Below are positions 61,812 through 64,000 of a stretch of DNA of 64,000 bases, piece after piece. The notes beneath the pieces were generated by a model that was not told where the DNA came from, ran no database searches, and was given only the letters and a program-made list of their open reading frames with translations. Position 1 is the stretch's first letter; the number at the start of each line of letters is the position of its first letter. Both the position numbers and the translations under genes were made by a program. Source of the stretch: Plasmodiophora brassicae. Its lineage: Eukaryota. The DNA is taken from contig CP145414.1 of NCBI GenBank assembly GCA_036867785.1, positions 1 to 64,000 of the forward strand, in the 5' to 3' direction.

Positions 61812-62230
61812 CGACGACGACGTGCTCCTTAGTGCTACGAGCGGCCACCGGTGACTGTCTGTTTGGCAGAGAGTCAGGTCCCAGACGCGCAGCAGCAGCA
61901 GCATTCGCTCCTCTCACCGGGACGACGACACACAGACAGAGAGCAACGCAAGACGGCAAGCGCACCTCTTCCAGAACAGACGTGTATAGACGGGACGCCG
62001 GGTCGGAAGGGGCCCGCTGACTGGTCCACGGCGGCGCTGGGCCCCTGTTTTATACTGTCCGGAATGTTCCCCGAGGTCGTCGACAGCCGATGTGGCGGCC
62101 AACGACGCGTGGAGCTGTGTTTGGACGGTGGCGCCCGTCTCCGCGCGCCTCTGTTGGTGCTACGACTACGTTCCAGGCGAGGTACAGTGTGGGGTTCACA
62201 GCCGAACAGGCGACGTAATTAGTAACAGCT

Positions 62231-62473
62231 TCACTTCTTCTTGCCCTTCGCCTGCAGGTCGGATTTCGCTTTCTTCAGCGCGGCCGCCTCTTCCTGTTTC
62301 TTCTTCAGGAACGCCTTGTCCTCGTCGGTGTATTCCCTGTCCTGCGCCTTCGCCTGCTTCAGCGGCTTCTTCTTACCACCTGTCCAGACGGAGAACACGA
62401 CACGCCCTCAGTCCAGTCCCCGGCGAGCCGCCCAGGTCGTCACCGGCGTCTCCCTACCTGCTTTGCCAGACAT
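62231..62473 (-). CDS. TMA7: Translation machinery-associated protein 7 (2 exons)
   Basis: MSGKAG / GKKKPLKQAK...DEDKAFLKKKQEE..ALK. Confidence 0.9.
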
Positions 62474-62906
62474 TGGTCGCGGAGCACCGGCTGCTGCCCG
62501 AACAACACCAACAACGACGACGCCCCGCCGCGGACTCCGCAGCCCCCGTCCCCGTCGCGGAGTCCGCGGGCGCCAACGGTCACCCGTGCGCCTCGTGCAG
62601 GGAGTTGCGGGAATCCGCCCTACAACCAGTGTTCACAGCCGACGAATCCGTAATTCCTTCACATGTCGTCTACTGGTATGCGGCTGACGAGCGTCGCCTA
62701 AGCGCCACACAGATATCGGCGATAGGGGCGCTTTGGTATACCGGGGCAGAGGTCGTGACGCGTATCGCAAAGCTTTATGTGGGTTTGCACGATACTATCA
62801 ATACGCTTGTTCACGGTTTCGAACCAACTCACGTCTAAATTACATATTTACTGTTAAAACATCCAGCAACTACTCGGGCAGAACTGGCACTGCTTGCAAA
62901 CAAACA

Positions 62907-63057
62907 TCAACGCCAACAGCGGTTCACCGTGGTCGATCGCCACTTGGGTAACTTTACAATGATTCCACGCCTCTTGGGTGACTTTACAATGATTCCACGC
63001 TGTTGTAAACGTTACCCCAGAGGCGATCGATCACGGTGACCCGCTGTTTGGCGTTGA
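62907..63057. mobile_element. MITE-like fold-back element with ~53-bp imperfect terminal inverted repeats
   Basis: TCAACGCCAACAGCGGTTCACCGTGGTCGATCGCC...TTTACAA is inverted at 63003-63057, with an internal 30-bp direct repeat. No TSD identified. Confidence 0.6.
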
Positions 63058-63401
63058 ACGCCGGCTTGCCACATTCGTTCCAGGTTCGGTGAGCATGCCA
63101 CCGCTGCAGTCGCAGTTGCAATGAACTTCAGCTGCGAACGTGCTTCCTGTGCCTGGTCGCAGTTGCGCAGCAGGATCAGAGGCAGACGACGCTGGCTACC
63201 ATCACGTTGTTGTAGTAATTACTCGGTATCAACGGGTTGCGCGATATACGGCCTCGAGATCACGTTCGGCGTCGAGCATTGGCGGCTTCAGGCGGGAGCG
63301 TTGACGCCAGCTTCGACCAGATGGTACGCGGCGCACCCACGCGTGAAGCACGTCGAGGCCTGACGCTTCGGGGCGATCTCGCGTACGTTGAATTATTGAC
63401 C

Positions 63402-64000
63402 TCATGGGGACGGCCGTCCGGGGACGGGCGATGCGCCGATCGCCCGGTTGGACCTGGGTTTGAATATCGCGACCCGGAAGGCGCTGTCCAGGGCGCGGGC
63501 CGTGTTCGACATGGCGAACGACACCGTCCAGCCACCGGGAGAGAACCCCACCGAGGGTATCGCTAGAACGGCGGCCCCCGCACAGTACATGATCATCGAG
63601 AGAGCCATGCCGAGCGCACAGAAGCTCAAACGCTTCAGCACGCCGTCGACGGCGTCGTTGCCGTTCCGAACGACATTGCGGCGAACCTGCCTGGCGACCT
63701 TGTAGAACCGGACGACGCCGGCGATGATATGCCCGCTGACCATCAGCTGCAGGGCGAACAGGACCGCGATATAGACCAGATCCAGCAGCAGTGGCGAATA
63801 CTGCATGGCGATTGACGCCGAGACCGCCGTGTCCAGCAGGATGGGAACGATGCAGAGAGCGGCCGTGGCCGTTCGGTAATCGCCACGAAGGATGCGGGTT
63901 GCCAGCGACGGCTTGGCGCCCGTGTCGACCACCGCATGCAGGTCGCGGTTCCAGGCGATGCCAGAGCCGATGGAGCAGGCGAATCCCCATCCGGACAGCA
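63402..64000 (-). CDS. 3' part of a third, more divergent 7TM paralog (runs off the window)
   Basis: RILRGDY, VLKRL, FSPGGWTVSFAMSNTARALDS..RVAIFKPR parallel RVLRGD/FSPAGWTI..STARATGS..RVFVFQPR in paralogs A and B. Confidence 0.8.
   Translation of the reverse strand, partial: LSGWGFACSIGSGIAWNRDLHAVVDTGAKPSLATRILRGDYRTATAALCIVPILLDTAVSASIAMQYSPLLLDLVYIAVLFALQLMVSGHIIAGVVRFYKVARQVRRNVVRNGNDAVDGVLKRLSFCALGMALSMIMYCAGAAVLAIPSVGFSPGGWTVSFAMSNTARALDSAFRVAIFKPRSNRAIGASPVPGRPSP

Overview
Left end of a chromosome from a GC-rich eukaryote with short (~50-70 bp) GT-AG introns. The TTTTAGGG telomere, flagellar HYDIN sequence and intron style fit a plasmodiophorid such as Plasmodiophora brassicae, but this is inference, not a database match. 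Layout: (CCCTAAAA)n telomere 1-390; a 144-bp satellite with 432-bp higher-order structure 391-~2960; then a ~27-kb rearranged subtelomeric zone; then, from ~30.9 kb, a gene-dense core. The subtelomeric zone holds about 7-8 co-oriented decayed copies of an unidentified repeat, two Helitron Rep-like remnants, two fold-back inversions, a truncated and frameshifted HYDIN copy, a USP-type protease, a kinase, a Mn-CDF transporter and a frameshifted secreted/membrane gene. The core holds Rab7, a Zn2Cys6 factor, Tim23, DnaJ, ABCD, LIM, two PA-like+7TM genes flanking an LRR-TM gene, ZnF-UBP, Tam41, SERF, EF-hand/WD40, V-ATPase D, a Myb protein, a cluster of small secreted proteins of extreme composition, a Lon-N-only protein, TMA7, a MITE-like hairpin and a third, partial 7TM gene. 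All calls come from manual reading and motif recall. Exon boundaries and start codons are approximate.
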